From: Bellilinea caldifistulae | Lineage (GTDB): Bacteria > Chloroflexota > Anaerolineae > Anaerolineales > Anaerolineaceae | Assembly: GCF_001306055.1 (NCBI RefSeq) | Contig: NZ_LGHJ01000012.1 | Coordinates: 150,001 to 182,000, forward strand | DNA length: 32,000 nt | Direction of reading: 5' to 3' | Made by a program: the position numbers and the translations under genes | Shown here: one piece after another, positions 30,803 through 32,000 of the stretch | How the letters are laid out: the number at the start of each line of letters is the position of its first letter | How positions within the stretch are numbered: position 1 is the first letter of the stretch | The notes under the pieces: model-generated | The model's database searches: none | What the model was told of the DNA's origin: nothing | What the model saw: only the letters and a program-made list of their open reading frames with translations

Positions 30803-31886
30803 ATGTTTAGCCTGTTTTCTTCCCATCTTGCCCAAATTTCCCGCCGCGAATTTCTCAAACTCTCCGGCATCGGTGCGCTGGCATTTTTCAGCCTGCCCCT
30901 GCGCCTGGATCGGCTGCTTTCTACCAGACTGCCGGAAACCGAAGTGTCGCTGCCCCGCCTTGGGCGCGTAACTGCCCCCAAAATTGATGGCTATCAACGA
31001 CCCTCTTTCAATGCCGAGCTCAAAAAAACTTACTGGCGGGATTTGGTGCTGTCCATCACCGAAGTGACCCTCGGCGGGGAAGATTCGGGCCACAATCGCA
31101 TCTGGTATGGGGTTGAGGATGGCGTTTATGTCCATTCCGGCGATATTCAACCGGTGAATCTGCAAAAGCAATCTCCGGTGGCCAGCCTGCCGGAAGGCGG
31201 AGCCCTGGCCGAGGTCAGTGTACCGTTCACCGACACCCTGTGGGATTTACGCCGCCAGGACTGGTTTTCTTATCGCCTGTACTACGGAACTACCTACTGG
31301 GTGGACCAAATCCAGCAGGATCAAAACGGGAAATTCTGGTACCGCATCCGCGATGACAAGTGGAAAATCTTTTATTACGCGGACGCCACCCACCTGCGGA
31401 TTGTCAAGGAGGAGGATGTCGCCCCCCTCTCGGCAGATGTGCCGCCGAACGAAAAACTCATCGAAATTCATCTGCCTGAACAAATCGTCATCGCCTACGA
31501 GCGAGAGCAGGCAGTTTTCATGGCGCGCACTTCCACCGGCGCCCGCTTTATAGATGGCGATTACCGCACCCCCCCCGGGAATTTACATCACCAACCGCAA
31601 ACGCCCCTCCCGCCACATGGCAGCCGGCGACCGGGCCGCCCCCAACAGTTACGATTTACCGGGTGTGCCGTGGGTGTGCTACCTGATGGACAACGGCATC
31701 TCTTTTCACGGCACCTACTGGCACAACAATTTCGGCAGGCCGCGCAGTCATGGCTGCATCAACCTGTCCATCCCCGACTCGCGTTGGGTATACCGCTGGA
31801 CTCACCCGCCTGTCCCTCTACAAAAGGTGACTCTCATCGAAAAAACCGGTACAATGGTTAAAGTAATAGACAAGCCGATGGCTTGA
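30803..31886 (+). pseudogene. Second L,D-transpeptidase (Tat-type signal + YkuD domain), split by a +1 frame change at a C8 run
   Basis: Frame A (30800-31861) has MFSLFSSHLAQISRREFLKLSGIGALAFF (SRRxFLK twin-arginine motif) and reads sensibly to ...FIDGDYRTPPG, then becomes low-complexity. Frame B (31554-31886) carries PGIYITNRK...HGTYWHNNFGRPRSHGCINL. The two frames join at CCCCCCCC 31569-31576, and removing one C gives ...DYRTPPGIYITNRK.... Confidence 0.65.
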
Positions 31887-31923
31887 CCCGATTTCCATTA
31901 AGCCTGCCCCGGAGGAGATAGCC

Positions 31924-32000
31924 ATGCCACAACCGCTTTTTGCAGGTTTGGTTGTTGACGAAAACGATCAAGTGGTGGAAACCACAATGGTTGGCTCCGA
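31924..32000 (+). CDS. Start of an unidentified CDS (runs off the right edge)
   Basis: ATG 31924 is preceded by GGAGGAG (31911-31917) with a 6-nt spacer. It reads MPQPLFAGLVVDENDQVVETTMVGS and is open to the end of the window. Confidence 0.4.
   Translation, partial: MPQPLFAGLVVDENDQVVETTMVGS

Noticed and set aside
1-32000. Scan for CRISPR arrays, tRNA/rRNA genes, transposase/integrase genes and terminal inverted repeats
   Set aside because: None was recognised by eye. The only repeats are short coding tandem duplications and the three-fold protein repeat, and tRNAscan or Infernal were not run.

Overview
This is a GC-rich bacterial chromosomal segment. I found no rRNA, tRNA, CRISPR array or recognisable mobile element by eye. 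The Pro/Thr-rich linkers and the gene content give an impression of a Chloroflexota (Anaerolineae-like) genome, but that is only an impression.

Gene content, left to right:
- a truncated PT-rich membrane protein
- a ChlI-like AAA+ ATPase followed by a VWA domain ORF
- arsC
- a radical SAM/SPASM enzyme with an AbrB-like N-terminus
- a translationally coupled operon: hom, an unknown ORF, folK (fused to a YdeI/OmdA-like tail) and folP
- a secreted protein made of three ~93-aa tandem repeats
- a co-directional minus-strand block: ArsR-type HTH, a CPBP protease::DUF2207 fusion, an RfaH-like NusG paralog, a four-GAF histidine kinase and a FIST protein
- a 764-aa protein that looks like a catalytically dead Zn-ribbon DNA methylase
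- a class A PBP with a long disordered N-terminus
- a six-hairpin glycosidase-like protein followed by two tandem DarA/PstA-type c-di-AMP receptor paralogs
- two small membrane proteins
- AMMECR1 and a flavin reductase
- a cell-wall cluster: an amidase and two L,D-transpeptidases

The strongest observation is at the ChlI/VWA junction. It carries a textbook -1 frameshift cassette: the slippery heptamer A_AAA_AAA in register, an 8-nt spacer, and a 9-bp GC-rich hairpin. The -1 frame stays open with no start codon and runs through a Pro/acidic linker into the VWA domain. One locus could therefore make both a small ChlI-like subunit and a medium ChlD-like chelatase subunit.

The second sequence-level anomaly is a C8 homopolymer that splits the second L,D-transpeptidase between two frames.

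All domain calls come from motif recognition by eye. No searches were run.
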